Part shown: piece after piece, positions 54,219-63,308 of the stretch
How the letters are laid out: each line of letters begins with the position of its first letter
How positions within the stretch are numbered: the first letter of the stretch is position 1
DNA from: Candidatus Kaiserbacteria bacterium
GTDB taxonomy: Bacteria > Patescibacteriota > Minisyncoccia > Phycocordibacterales > UBA2100
Direction of reading: 5' to 3'
Length of the DNA stretch: 64,000 nucleotides
NCBI GenBank assembly: GCA_016432285.1
Contig: CP066682.1
Coordinates: 288,933 to 352,932, forward strand
Notes under the pieces: model-generated
The model's input: the letters and a program-made list of their open reading frames with translations, nothing else
Databases searched by the model: none
Told to the model about the DNA's origin: nothing
Translations under genes and position numbers: made by a program

Positions 54219-54809
54219 ATGGCGAAGGGCCGCGACATCGAATTTCTCTACGAGATTGGCTCCCTGCGCAACATCCCGCGCGCGTGGATCCAGCACCTTG
54301 CGACCGACTGCGCCTCGACGCTGGAGCACACGATCCGCGTCGTTTTCCTTGCGCTCCTCATCGCCCGCAAAGAAGGGGTGAAGAGTGAGGAGAAGATCAT
54401 CAAAATGGCGCTGCTCCACGATCTCGCGGAGACGCGCACCGCCGATCTCGCATACGTGCACAAGGTCTACACAAAAGCTGACGACGCGCGCGCCGCGCGC
54501 GATCTCTTGGCAGGCACTTCACTCGATGATTTTGAGGCCATCGTCGTAGAGTACGAGAAACGCTCCTCGATCGAGGCGAAAATTGTGAAAGATGCCGACA
54601 ACCTCGACATCGATCTGGAGCTCCGCGAGCTCGAAGAGCGGGGAAATAGGGTGGCGGCCAAAAAGCAGCCGCTGCGGAAATTTGTGCGCGACAAAAAGCT
54701 CTACACGAAAACGGCGAAGAGCATGTGGGATGAGATCCAAAAGTCCGATCCCTCAAGCTGGCACCTTGCGACCAACAAGTGGCTGAAGATTCCCAGCGCA
54801 GGAAAATAG
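54219..54809 (+). CDS. HD-domain 5'-deoxynucleotidase-like hydrolase
   Basis: LRNIPRAW, EHT, ALLHDLAETRTAD and VKDADNLD. Confidence 0.85.
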   Translation: MAKGRDIEFLYEIGSLRNIPRAWIQHLATDCASTLEHTIRVVFLALLIARKEGVKSEEKIIKMALLHDLAETRTADLAYVHKVYTKADDARAARDLLAGTSLDDFEAIVVEYEKRSSIEAKIVKDADNLDIDLELRELEERGNRVAAKKQPLRKFVRDKKLYTKTAKSMWDEIQKSDPSSWHLATNKWLKIPSAGK

Positions 54810-54886
54810 GCGGCAGTGCGGTATTTTTCAGCGAGCACCTGTTTGAGCGCAGCGAGTTGCGGAGCGAAAAATACCGCGCTGCCGCC
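54809..54886. repeat. 21-bp-arm inverted repeat with REP-like loop
   Basis: GGCGGCAGTGCGGTATTTTTC ... GAAAAATACCGCGCTGCCGCC (one G-T pair). Confidence 0.75.
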
Positions 54887-54962
54887 GCAGACACGGCTCC
54901 GGCATGTCCTCGCTCGAATATGTGCCGCTATTTCAAGGAGACTCAAGTGGTATAGTGGGCGC

Positions 54963-56039
54963 ATGATTCGCGTGCCGTTCTACGACCCCACCAAAAGCTA
55001 CGACGAAAATTATGCATCCGGCCCCTTCGGCGCTTTTGCCGACGGCAAAGTGTACGAGCAAAAGGGGGAGCCGCAGCACGAATTCTTGGGCCACAAGGTT
55101 TACCTGCCGCTCGGGATTCCTGCTGGACCTTTGCTCAACAGCAACTTTTGCAAGGCAGCCTTTGAGAAAGGATTCGATATCTGCGTGTACAAGACGGTCC
55201 GCAGCGATGTGTTTCCCTGCCACCCGTTCCCCAACGTGCTCGCGATCCATCCCGACGGCGATCTCACGCTCGAAAAATTAAAAAAGCCGCTCGTCGCCGA
55301 CGCCTCATACACCGACCCGCTTTCGATCACCAATTCCTTCGGCGTGCCCTCGAAGGCCCCGGCCGTGTGGCAGGAAGATGTAAAAAGAGCGATTGCCTCC
55401 GCAGGGAAAGGGCAGGTGCTCGTGTTGAGCTTCATGGGCACGGTGCGCCCGAATCAAACGCAGCAGGAGTTCGTCGACGATTACGTGCTCGCGGGGAAGC
55501 TCGCGGCCGAGACGGGCGCGAAGGTTCTTGAAGCGAATCTCTCGTGCCCCAACATCGGCAATGAGGGGCTCGTGTGTTACAACCTCGACGTTACTGAAAG
55601 GGTCGCGAGAGGCATTCGTGGGGTCATCGGCACGACGCCGCTGATTCTGAAAGTCGGGTACTACCAAAGCGATGAGGATATGGAGCGTCTTGCCGAAATT
55701 GCCGAAGAATACGCGGATAGCGTTTCCGGCATCAACACGCTCCAGGCGGAAGTGCGCGATCAGGCAGGCAACCAAGCACTTCCCGGCCCTCCCTCGCGCC
55801 TCCGCTCCGGAGTGTGCGGCGCGGGCATCAAGTGGGCGGGATTGGATTTCGTGCGCCGCCTCACGGCCATACGAAAGAAGCGCGGCTTCACGTTTTCGAT
55901 CGAAGGCGTCGGCGGCGTGCTGCATGCGGCAGATTATGCTGAGTACCTCGATGCAGGAGCGAATGCGGTGATGAGCGCGACGGGTGCCATGTGGAATCCC
56001 TATCTCGCGCAGGAGATAAAGGCAGTTCGCAATGCCTGA
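54963..56039 (+). CDS. dihydroorotate dehydrogenase-like FMN enzyme
   Basis: PLGIPAGP, YKTV, EANLSCPN, ILKV, INT and GVGGV. Confidence 0.8.
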   Translation: MIRVPFYDPTKSYDENYASGPFGAFADGKVYEQKGEPQHEFLGHKVYLPLGIPAGPLLNSNFCKAAFEKGFDICVYKTVRSDVFPCHPFPNVLAIHPDGDLTLEKLKKPLVADASYTDPLSITNSFGVPSKAPAVWQEDVKRAIASAGKGQVLVLSFMGTVRPNQTQQEFVDDYVLAGKLAAETGAKVLEANLSCPNIGNEGLVCYNLDVTERVARGIRGVIGTTPLILKVGYYQSDEDMERLAEIAEEYADSVSGINTLQAEVRDQAGNQALPGPPSRLRSGVCGAGIKWAGLDFVRRLTAIRKKRGFTFSIEGVGGVLHAADYAEYLDAGANAVMSATGAMWNPYLAQEIKAVRNA

Positions 56040-57000
56040 AGGAATTGCGGATCGGGTAGCGCGTGCCATCGAGAGCCACGTCTTTCCCGGCTGCGTGATC
56101 GGCGTTGTTCGTGGAGGTGAGCGTAGCGTCACTCCCTTCGGCACTATCAGATATGATCGTGCCGAACGCGTGCGCGAGAATACGATCTACGATCTCGCGT
56201 CCGTCACGAAATCCATTCCACTGGCATCGCTTGCCAGCATACTGGTGGGCGAAGGGAAATTTTCGCTCTCCGATGGAGTGAAAAAATATCTACCGGAACT
56301 TCACAACGATTACGATGCGACGGTCGAAGATCTCTTGCGCTATCGCGTGCACGGCACGCGGCTTTCGTCCCTGCTCTTCGAGACGTCGGGGGAGTTGCAA
56401 GCAGCGATTTTTGAGAGGGGATTTTCCGCGCCGCCCGGGGAGCCACGCTACAGCAACCTGCCTGCATACCTCTTGGGGCTGATCGTCGAGCGGGCGACAG
56501 CAACGACTCTTCCGGCACTTGCGCAAACGTACTTCTTCGATCCGCTCGAGATGCGAGACACAACTTTCTTTCCAGGAGAGTCGTCCCGTGTCGCGCCCAC
56601 GGAAGTTGTCGGTGGTGAGGAAATTCGCGGCGTCGTTCACGACGAGAGCGCCCGCGTGTTCGCGAAAGAAAAACGCGCAGTCGGACACGCCGGGCTCTTT
56701 TCGACCGCACCCGACGTGTTGAGATTTCTCGCCGCGCTTTTACATGGGAACGATCCGCAGGTCGTCTCGGCGGCGGAGAGCAGTCTCGGATGGCAGGTAA
56801 GCGATCCGCATTTTATGGGTCGGTTTGTAGGCCCGAAGACGTTTGGCAAAACCGGATTTACGGGCACGAGTGTTGTAGTAGATACCAAGCGTAGCATCGG
56901 CTTCGTGATCCTCTCAAATCGCACCTACCCGAAGCGTCCGCAGGGGGATTCGATGATATTCGAATTTCGGCGCGACATCGCTGATATACTGCTCGAATGA
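56032..57000 (+). CDS. serine hydrolase, beta-lactamase/class C PBP family
   Basis: ASVTK (SxxK), YSN, GHAGLFS and KTGFTG. Confidence 0.88.
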   Translation: MPEGIADRVARAIESHVFPGCVIGVVRGGERSVTPFGTIRYDRAERVRENTIYDLASVTKSIPLASLASILVGEGKFSLSDGVKKYLPELHNDYDATVEDLLRYRVHGTRLSSLLFETSGELQAAIFERGFSAPPGEPRYSNLPAYLLGLIVERATATTLPALAQTYFFDPLEMRDTTFFPGESSRVAPTEVVGGEEIRGVVHDESARVFAKEKRAVGHAGLFSTAPDVLRFLAALLHGNDPQVVSAAESSLGWQVSDPHFMGRFVGPKTFGKTGFTGTSVVVDTKRSIGFVILSNRTYPKRPQGDSMIFEFRRDIADILLE

Positions 57001-57680
57001 AAATTCTGGTGCTCCAGCATGTGGCGCACGAGCATCCGGGCTACATCGCGGAGTATGCGAAGGAGCGGGGACACGACCTTGATGTCGTACGGTTGTGGGA
57101 GCGGCACGCCGTGGGCGTGCTCGAAAACTATGGCGCAGTGATCGTGCTCGGCGGCCCCATGGGCGTCTACGACGAATTTGCGTGGAAAGCGGAGGAGGTC
57201 AGCATGATCCGCGACGTGCTCGGCAGAAAGCCCTTGCTCGGCATTTGCCTCGGGAGTCAGCTCATCGCCTCCGTGCTTGGCGCGAAGGTGTACCCAAACC
57301 CTGCGGGTAAAGAGGTCGGGTACTACGAAATCGAACTCACCGACGAGGGAAAGAGTACCTCTATTTTGCAAGGATTCTCAAGTCCGCTCACTGCTCTCCA
57401 GTGGCACGGGGACGCGTTCGACCTCCCGAGGGGAGCGACGCTCCTCGCGCGCACGGCCGCTTGCGAAAATCAGGCGTTCTCCTTCGGTACCAGCACCTAC
57501 GGATTTCTCTTCCACCTTGAATTTACGACGCAGATGGTGCTCGACGAAATCGAGATCGATCGAGAATGGACATGCAAAAACTTTGCTCTCGATGAAGATC
57601 GACTGCGGACCGAGGCGCAGCAACTTGCGCCTTCGATGCGGGAGCAGTGCTTCCGGCTCCTCGATAATTTCCTGCGCTGA
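56997..57680 (+). CDS. type 1 glutamine amidotransferase
   Basis: LGGPMG, GICLGSQL, WHGD and FHLE. Confidence 0.88.
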   Translation: MKILVLQHVAHEHPGYIAEYAKERGHDLDVVRLWERHAVGVLENYGAVIVLGGPMGVYDEFAWKAEEVSMIRDVLGRKPLLGICLGSQLIASVLGAKVYPNPAGKEVGYYEIELTDEGKSTSILQGFSSPLTALQWHGDAFDLPRGATLLARTAACENQAFSFGTSTYGFLFHLEFTTQMVLDEIEIDREWTCKNFALDEDRLRTEAQQLAPSMREQCFRLLDNFLR

Positions 57681-57716
57681 TTTTTGTGCCCCATATGCTA
57701 CACTTGCATCTCTCTT

Positions 57717-59540
57717 ATGTGCGGCATATTCGCATATACCGGCAGCAAGGGTTCGGAGGCGCCCGACATACTCCTCAAGGGGCTCATCAGCCTCGAGTAT
57801 CGCGGATATGACTCGGCGGGCATCTTCACACCCGAGAGCGGTGCGGTAAAGACGCCGGGCGCGGTCGCCGAACTCAAGAAGAAAATTCCGAAAGGGTTTG
57901 GAGGCAAAAGCGGCATCGCGCACTTGCGGTGGGCTACTCATGGGGAACCGACCGAGGTCAACGCGCATCCGCACTCCGATTCGACGGGCGAGATTTGGGT
58001 CGTGCACAACGGTATCATCGAAAATTTTAAGGAGCTCAAGAAAAAGCTTGAGGCCAGCGGACACCGGTTTGTCTCGGACACGGATACCGAGATCCTCGCG
58101 CATCTCGTCGAGGAGCATTTGAAAGCGGAGCAAAATTTTGAAAAAGCCGCCATCGCTGCGCTGAATGACGTGCGCGGCACGTACGGGATTGCGCTCCAAT
58201 ACAAGGGCGAACCAGACAAACTGATCGCCGCGCGCATGGGCTCCCCGATCGTGATCGGGCTTGGGGACGGCGAGCATTTCATCGCATCGGACCCGTCGCC
58301 GATTTTGCCGCACACCAAAAGCGTCGTCTTTCTCGAGGACGGCGACGTAGCCGTGCTCACGCCCGAAAAGCACACCATCTACAAGCTCGACGCCACAAAG
58401 GTGAAGCGCGATCCGACCGAGATCGACTGGAGCGCCGAAGAAGCCCAAAAGAGCGGATACGAGCACTTCATGCTGAAGGAGATTATGGAGGGGCCGGAGG
58501 TCGTGGAAAATACGCTGCGCGGCCGGCTCCGAGCCGACGGTGGCGCGAAACTGGGCGGTCTTGAGTTTGTCGCTAAGGAGCTGGGGCAGATCGAGCGGAT
58601 TCTGATTACCGCCTGCGGCACCGCATACTACGGCGGGCTCGTAGGCGAATACATGCTCGAGGAGTTTGCAGGGATCCCGGTGGAGGTGGAGCTCGCGAGC
58701 GAGTTTCGCTACCGGTCGCCGGTGTTGAACCAGAAGACGGCGCTCATCGCCATCTCGCAATCGGGGGAGACCGCCGACACGCTGGAGGCGATCCGCGAAG
58801 GCAAGCGTAAGGGCGCGCTCACGCTCGGCATCGTCAATGCCGTCGGCTCCACGATCGCGCGAGAAACGGATGCGGGCGTCTACAATCATGCCGGGCCCGA
58901 AGTGAGCGTGGCTTCCACCAAGGCGCTGGTTTCGCAGCTGACGGCACTCGCACTCTTCACGCTCTTTCTCGGGCGGCAGCGTGCGCTTTCGCCGCAGAAG
59001 GCCGCAGAAATCGCGGCGGAGCTGCGGGCGCTGCCTGCCAAAATCCAGAAAGTGCTGGACGATCGCGAAAAAATCGCCGTGGTCGCGAAGAAATACGCGC
59101 AGGCGCGCGATTTCCTCTTTATCGGACGCAAATACAATTTCCCGATCGCGCTCGAAGGGGCGCTGAAACTCAAAGAGGTCTCCTACATCCACGCCGAAGG
59201 GTACGGAGCGGGCGAAATGAAGCACGGCCCCATTGCCATGATTGATGAGAACTTTCCATCGGTAGCCATCGCCACCAAAAACAGCGTGTATGACAAAATG
59301 CTCTCAAATATCGAGCAGCTGAAGGCACGGAAGGGCCCGGTAATAGCGATTGCGACGGAAGGAGATGCGGAGATCGCCAAGACGGCCGACGACTGCATCT
59401 ATGTGCCGCCGACGATCGAGATGCTCGAGCCGATCCTCAATGTCGTGCCGCTCCAGCTTTTTGCCTACTACTTCGCGAAGGAAAAGGGATACAACGTGGA
59501 TCGTCCGCGCAATCTCGCGAAGTCGGTAACAGTGGAGTAG
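57717..59540 (+). CDS. glmS: glutamine--fructose-6-phosphate transaminase
   Basis: MCGIF, LEYRGYDSAG, SQSGETADT and PRNLAKSVTVE. Confidence 0.97.
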   Translation: MCGIFAYTGSKGSEAPDILLKGLISLEYRGYDSAGIFTPESGAVKTPGAVAELKKKIPKGFGGKSGIAHLRWATHGEPTEVNAHPHSDSTGEIWVVHNGIIENFKELKKKLEASGHRFVSDTDTEILAHLVEEHLKAEQNFEKAAIAALNDVRGTYGIALQYKGEPDKLIAARMGSPIVIGLGDGEHFIASDPSPILPHTKSVVFLEDGDVAVLTPEKHTIYKLDATKVKRDPTEIDWSAEEAQKSGYEHFMLKEIMEGPEVVENTLRGRLRADGGAKLGGLEFVAKELGQIERILITACGTAYYGGLVGEYMLEEFAGIPVEVELASEFRYRSPVLNQKTALIAISQSGETADTLEAIREGKRKGALTLGIVNAVGSTIARETDAGVYNHAGPEVSVASTKALVSQLTALALFTLFLGRQRALSPQKAAEIAAELRALPAKIQKVLDDREKIAVVAKKYAQARDFLFIGRKYNFPIALEGALKLKEVSYIHAEGYGAGEMKHGPIAMIDENFPSVAIATKNSVYDKMLSNIEQLKARKGPVIAIATEGDAEIAKTADDCIYVPPTIEMLEPILNVVPLQLFAYYFAKEKGYNVDRPRNLAKSVTVE

Positions 59541-59575
59541 CCGCGCTCCGCCAGCCGGCGGACATGCGAAATCCG

Positions 59576-60223
59576 TTACGGTCGAGTGGCGACTATTCTT
59601 CCCACCTCCTCCATGGTGTCGGCGTACTCGTCGGCGCCCGTCTGCTCGTACCCGTCGACGAGATTTCCCCGGTAGCCGATCGTAAAAGCGCCCGCAGCTT
59701 TCGCGGCCATGATTCCGAAATTGGAATCTTCGAGCACGATCGAGCGCTCGGCGCTTGCTCCGAGCAGCCGCAATGCCTCCTGATAGCCATCGGGCGCCGG
59801 TTTCTCACGCAGGTCTTTCCTGTCGTTGAGCGAAATTATGGCCTCAAGAGATTCCTTGAAGGGAAGGCGCGGCACCACCTGATCGATCCACGTTTGCGGA
59901 GACTGCGTGACGAGACCCAGCTTGAAACCGAGTGAAAGCAATTTCTGCGCCAGTGCTTCGACTCCCGAGGTAATGGGTGATTGTGCGTAGACATCAACGG
60001 CGGTATCTTCGTACCCTTGTATGAGCGCATCCTTGTCAAAGTTCGGGTCGTACTGCGCGGCGCGTTTGATGACGCCGATGAGTCCGATGCCAATCGTGTT
60101 GCCGAATTTCTCCGCAATCTCTGCGCCGAGCACGCGCCTCAGCATGGGCTCCTCGAGCGTAGTCCACGCGTGTTCGCTGTTGACGAGCACGCCGTCCATG
60201 TCGAAAATGAATGCTCTATTCAT
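59576..60223 (-). CDS. HAD family phosphatase
   Basis: FDMDGVLVNSE, KPAPDGY and LEDSNFG. Confidence 0.88.
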   Translation of the reverse strand: MNRAFIFDMDGVLVNSEHAWTTLEEPMLRRVLGAEIAEKFGNTIGIGLIGVIKRAAQYDPNFDKDALIQGYEDTAVDVYAQSPITSGVEALAQKLLSLGFKLGLVTQSPQTWIDQVVPRLPFKESLEAIISLNDRKDLREKPAPDGYQEALRLLGASAERSIVLEDSNFGIMAAKAAGAFTIGYRGNLVDGYEQTGADEYADTMEEVGRIVATRP

Positions 60224-60268
60224 GCGTTGTTTCCCCGATTTTCTGGTACGAGGTCGAACCTTGTAAAG

Positions 60269-61324
60269 CTACTGGAGCTTCACGATTTCCTCCCAGGGGC
60301 GTCCCTCCACGCCGAAGTGTCCGTAGGCGGCCGTCTCGCGATAGATCGGACGATTGAGGCCGAGGCGCTCGATGATCGCGCGCGGCCGGAAATCGAAATT
60401 TTTCGAGACGACATCGGTGAGGTTTTTACCTTCCTCGTTGAAAGCCTCGACCATGACGGGCTCAGCGCGGCCGATCGCGTAGGCGACCGTCACGAGCGTC
60501 TTCTTGCCGTAACCGCCCGCCACAAGGCTTTTCGCGACGAAGCGGCACATGTACGCCGCCGATCGATCGACCTTGGTCGCGTCTTTACCGGAGAATGCGC
60601 CGCCGCCGTGGGGCGCGATGCCGCCGTACGTGTCAACTTGGATTTTGCGTCCGGTGAGACCCGCGTCGGCCGCAAAGCCACCGAGGACGAACTTTCCCGT
60701 CGGGTTGACGAGTATTTCAATGCCCTCGATGGATTTGAGCACTGGCGTGAAGAGGTGTTCGATCAGACTGGCCCTGATTTCCTCCTGCGACGTTTCCTCG
60801 GCATGCTGCGTCGATGTGAGCGCAGTCAAAATATCGCCGTTCGAGATCGTTATCTGAGTCTTGCCGTCGGGCCGCAGCCACGAAAGCGTGCCGTCGCGGC
60901 GTAGTTTTTCGAGGCGACGCGCGAGCGCATGCGCGAGCACGACTCCTCGCGGAAGCATTTCGGGCGTCTCGTCGGTCGCGTAGCCGTACATGATGCCCTG
61001 GTCTCCCGCGCCTCCCGTATCGACGCCCTGCGCGATGTCGGGCGATTGGCGCGCGATCGTTACGAGCACCTTGAGGTCATCGGCGTACCCGATATCGGTG
61101 TACACCTGCCGTGCGATTTTCTCGGCATCAATATCCGCGGACGTCTTCACCTCTCCGCCGATCATGAGCGTGCCGTGGCTGCCGAAGGTTTCCACCGCGA
61201 CGCGTGCCGTCGGGTCCTGCCGCAAGCACTCGTCGAGAATTGCATCCGATATCTGGTCGCACACCTTATCCGGGTGGCCGGAGGTAACGCTCTCTGTCGT
61301 ATAACGTTGTAAAAGATGGAACAT
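60269..61324 (-). CDS. metK: S-adenosylmethionine synthetase
   Basis: ESVTSGHPDKVCDQISD, GAGDQG and GGGAFSGKD. Confidence 0.97.
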   Translation of the reverse strand: MFHLLQRYTTESVTSGHPDKVCDQISDAILDECLRQDPTARVAVETFGSHGTLMIGGEVKTSADIDAEKIARQVYTDIGYADDLKVLVTIARQSPDIAQGVDTGGAGDQGIMYGYATDETPEMLPRGVVLAHALARRLEKLRRDGTLSWLRPDGKTQITISNGDILTALTSTQHAEETSQEEIRASLIEHLFTPVLKSIEGIEILVNPTGKFVLGGFAADAGLTGRKIQVDTYGGIAPHGGGAFSGKDATKVDRSAAYMCRFVAKSLVAGGYGKKTLVTVAYAIGRAEPVMVEAFNEEGKNLTDVVSKNFDFRPRAIIERLGLNRPIYRETAAYGHFGVEGRPWEEIVKLQ

Positions 61325-61335
61325 GTCTAAAACCG

Positions 61336-61361
61336 AATAATCTCCCCTGCGGGAGATTATT
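61336..61361 (-). terminator. expression-platform hairpin downstream of the riboswitch
   Basis: minus strand AATAATCTCCC-GCAG-GGGAGATTATT followed by CGGTTTT. Confidence 0.65.
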
Positions 61362-61368
61362 GATAAAG

Positions 61369-61463
61369 GTATCTTCCCGTAGGGCCGGATGGAGCACCTT
61401 GTCGAGATCTCGATAGGTTGCTGGCGGGTCGGCAAGCCGGAACTTTCACCGCACTCTCGATAC
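61369..61463 (-). ncRNA. SAM-I clan riboswitch
   Basis: minus strand GTATC-GAGAG...GCAACC...AAGGTGC...AAGATAC with P1 GTATC/GATAC; directly upstream of metK; TATAAT at 61488-61483. Confidence 0.85.
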
Positions 61464-61692
61464 GATATTCAGTTGTGCTGGCATTATATGCGGTGTGAAC
61501 CCGTACACAAAGCAGTTTTTTCGCGACAGGGCACGGATTGCCAGCCACTGTCAATACTGAGTTATGCACAGTTTGACAATAAACCTTGTTCATGGCGCCT
61601 GGGGTAGGCATATCATGCCCCCTGTAAGGTGGCGTACTGCCACGGTCGTGTTTCCTTATTATTAGTTCTTTATTTCTAAACGTATCAAATGT

Positions 61693-62292
61693 ATGGGCAA
61701 AATTTTCCGGAAAGACAGTGTCATCTCTGTAACAGCAGCAGTTGTCGTGGCCGTTTTTCTCGTTGTAGCGACGGTACAAGCGGCGACGACGATTTCCACG
61801 AGCATCTCGACGGACGGTAATCTCACGGTGAGTGGCACGGCTTCGACCACGCTCTTCTCCTCGAATGGGACGGCGTACTTTGGCGCCACTGCTACCACTA
61901 CCATTAGCAGCGCGGGCGTCATTGCCGCAGTGGGCGACGTCACCGTCGGTGATGACCTTACGGTTACCGGCACGGCAAGCTCGACTGATCTGATTGTCGG
62001 TAACGACCAGGTGAGCACGATATCGGGAATGATCTTCGGGGCATGCAATATTGCAAGCGTGGCGGTGACCGCGTCCTCGACCGCGTACGTAAACTGCACA
62101 GGGGCCACGGGAGTCACTTCGTCATATAAGGTATTCGTTCAGGCAACCAGTTCCTTCCCGACTCAGCTGACGATTCGGGCCGCCTCTTCGACGGCCACAA
62201 CCGGAACGATCAATCTTCTCTTGGTCAACGATGGGATCACCGGTGGTAACTCGAGTGGCGCGGCGTCGATCAACTTCTGGGCAGTTCGCTAA
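61693..62292 (+). CDS. secreted Thr/Ser-rich surface protein
   Basis: signal peptide; repeated LTVxGTASxT motif. Confidence 0.75.
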   Translation: MGKIFRKDSVISVTAAVVVAVFLVVATVQAATTISTSISTDGNLTVSGTASTTLFSSNGTAYFGATATTTISSAGVIAAVGDVTVGDDLTVTGTASSTDLIVGNDQVSTISGMIFGACNIASVAVTASSTAYVNCTGATGVTSSYKVFVQATSSFPTQLTIRAASSTATTGTINLLLVNDGITGGNSSGAASINFWAVR

Positions 62293-62326
62293 GGCGAGCC
62301 GATTATCAGCCTCATAGCGAATACCC

Positions 62327-63205
62327 ATGAAGAAACTTCTTGTTTCAGGGTCAGTGGCGATCGCGCTCCTGCCGATGCTCGCGTTGGCGGCGTATGACGA
62401 CGTTACGCTCACAACTGACGTCTCGATACCGCTCACCAACGCCACACTGACAATCAATAGTACGAGCGCGGTGATTCAGTCCATCACGGTGATCGCGGGC
62501 AGTATGACATTCGATCTACAGCCGGGCTCTTCTGTCGACGTCATCAACTCCGTTGGTAAGGCACTCATCATCGATCAGGGTGGTGAATACCTGGTCGCCG
62601 ACAGCTGTTCCGGTGGATCGCGCCTGAAGTTCGTGAACAATTCAGCTTCCGCGTCTGTAAGTATTACCATTACGCCATCTTCCAGCGCGTGTTCCGGCGA
62701 AAGCGCGCGCAGCGCGGCGTCGAGCGGCGGTGGCAGCAGTGGCGGCGGAGGTGGCCCGCCCTCGATCATCGGTGGAGGCGGTGGCGGAGGAGGGGGTGGA
62801 TCGGTTACACCTGCCACGACTCCCGCAACGACTCCCGCATCTACACCTGCTACGGCAGAAAACGCAGCGGTGATCGCGCAACTTCAAGTGCAGATTCAGC
62901 AGCTGATCGCACAGCTGAACGCGCTCCTTGCGGCAAAAGGTCTTCCGCTCTACGCATCGTCTTCGTTCACACGCGACTTGGAGGTGGGATTGACAGGTGC
63001 AGACGTCAAAGCTCTGCAAGTGTATCTCAATACCAAGGGGTATGTCGTCGCCGCAAGCGGCCCCGGCTCTCCGGGCAACGAGACGACTCGCTTCGGCAAC
63101 GCGACAAAGGCTGCTCTCATCAAACTACAGAAAGCGGCCGGGATCTCGCCTGCTTCTGGCTTCTTCGGTCCGAAGACGCGTGCGTACGTCAACGCCAATC
63201 CGTAG
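62327..63205 (+). CDS. secreted protein with Gly-rich linker and C-terminal peptidoglycan-binding domain
   Basis: FTRDLEVGLTGADVKALQVYLN...SGPGSPGNET..FG...FFGPKTRA. Confidence 0.85.
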   Translation: MKKLLVSGSVAIALLPMLALAAYDDVTLTTDVSIPLTNATLTINSTSAVIQSITVIAGSMTFDLQPGSSVDVINSVGKALIIDQGGEYLVADSCSGGSRLKFVNNSASASVSITITPSSSACSGESARSAASSGGGSSGGGGGPPSIIGGGGGGGGGGSVTPATTPATTPASTPATAENAAVIAQLQVQIQQLIAQLNALLAAKGLPLYASSSFTRDLEVGLTGADVKALQVYLNTKGYVVAASGPGSPGNETTRFGNATKAALIKLQKAAGISPASGFFGPKTRAYVNANP

Positions 63206-63222
63206 TTAGTCCGTATCGCAGC

Positions 63223-63257
63223 AACACGGCCGCCCTGCGGGGCGGCCGTGTTTGTTG
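63223..63257 (+). terminator. intrinsic terminator
   Basis: AACACGGCCGCCC-TGCG-GGGCGGCCGTGTT followed by TGTT. Confidence 0.7.
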
Positions 63258-63308
63258 CAAGAGCATGCGATTGCCAACGTCATAGGGTCAATATAGAGTT
63301 ATTCGATT

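Noticed and set aside
56032-57000. Antibiotic-resistance beta-lactamase
   Set aside because: No signal peptide; the motifs fit the broad esterase/PBP-like serine hydrolase family.
57660-57716. glmS ribozyme upstream of glmS
   Set aside because: Only about 36 bp separate the upstream stop from the ATG, too short for the ribozyme.
57378-59225. Long antisense ORFs (here 615 aa; also 16177-17697, 45474-46697 and 22426-23478)
   Set aside because: Shadow frames of well-supported genes, expected in GC-rich DNA; no recognisable motifs.
61562-61570. DnaA-box-like TTATGCACA (similar 9-mers near 9143 and 49843)
   Set aside because: Isolated single boxes with no cluster and no dnaA/dnaN; insufficient to call an origin.
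62700-62860. GGC/GGT-rich and CCTGC/ACGAC repeated DNA
   Set aside because: Explained by the Gly/Ser and TPA linker of the encoded surface protein.
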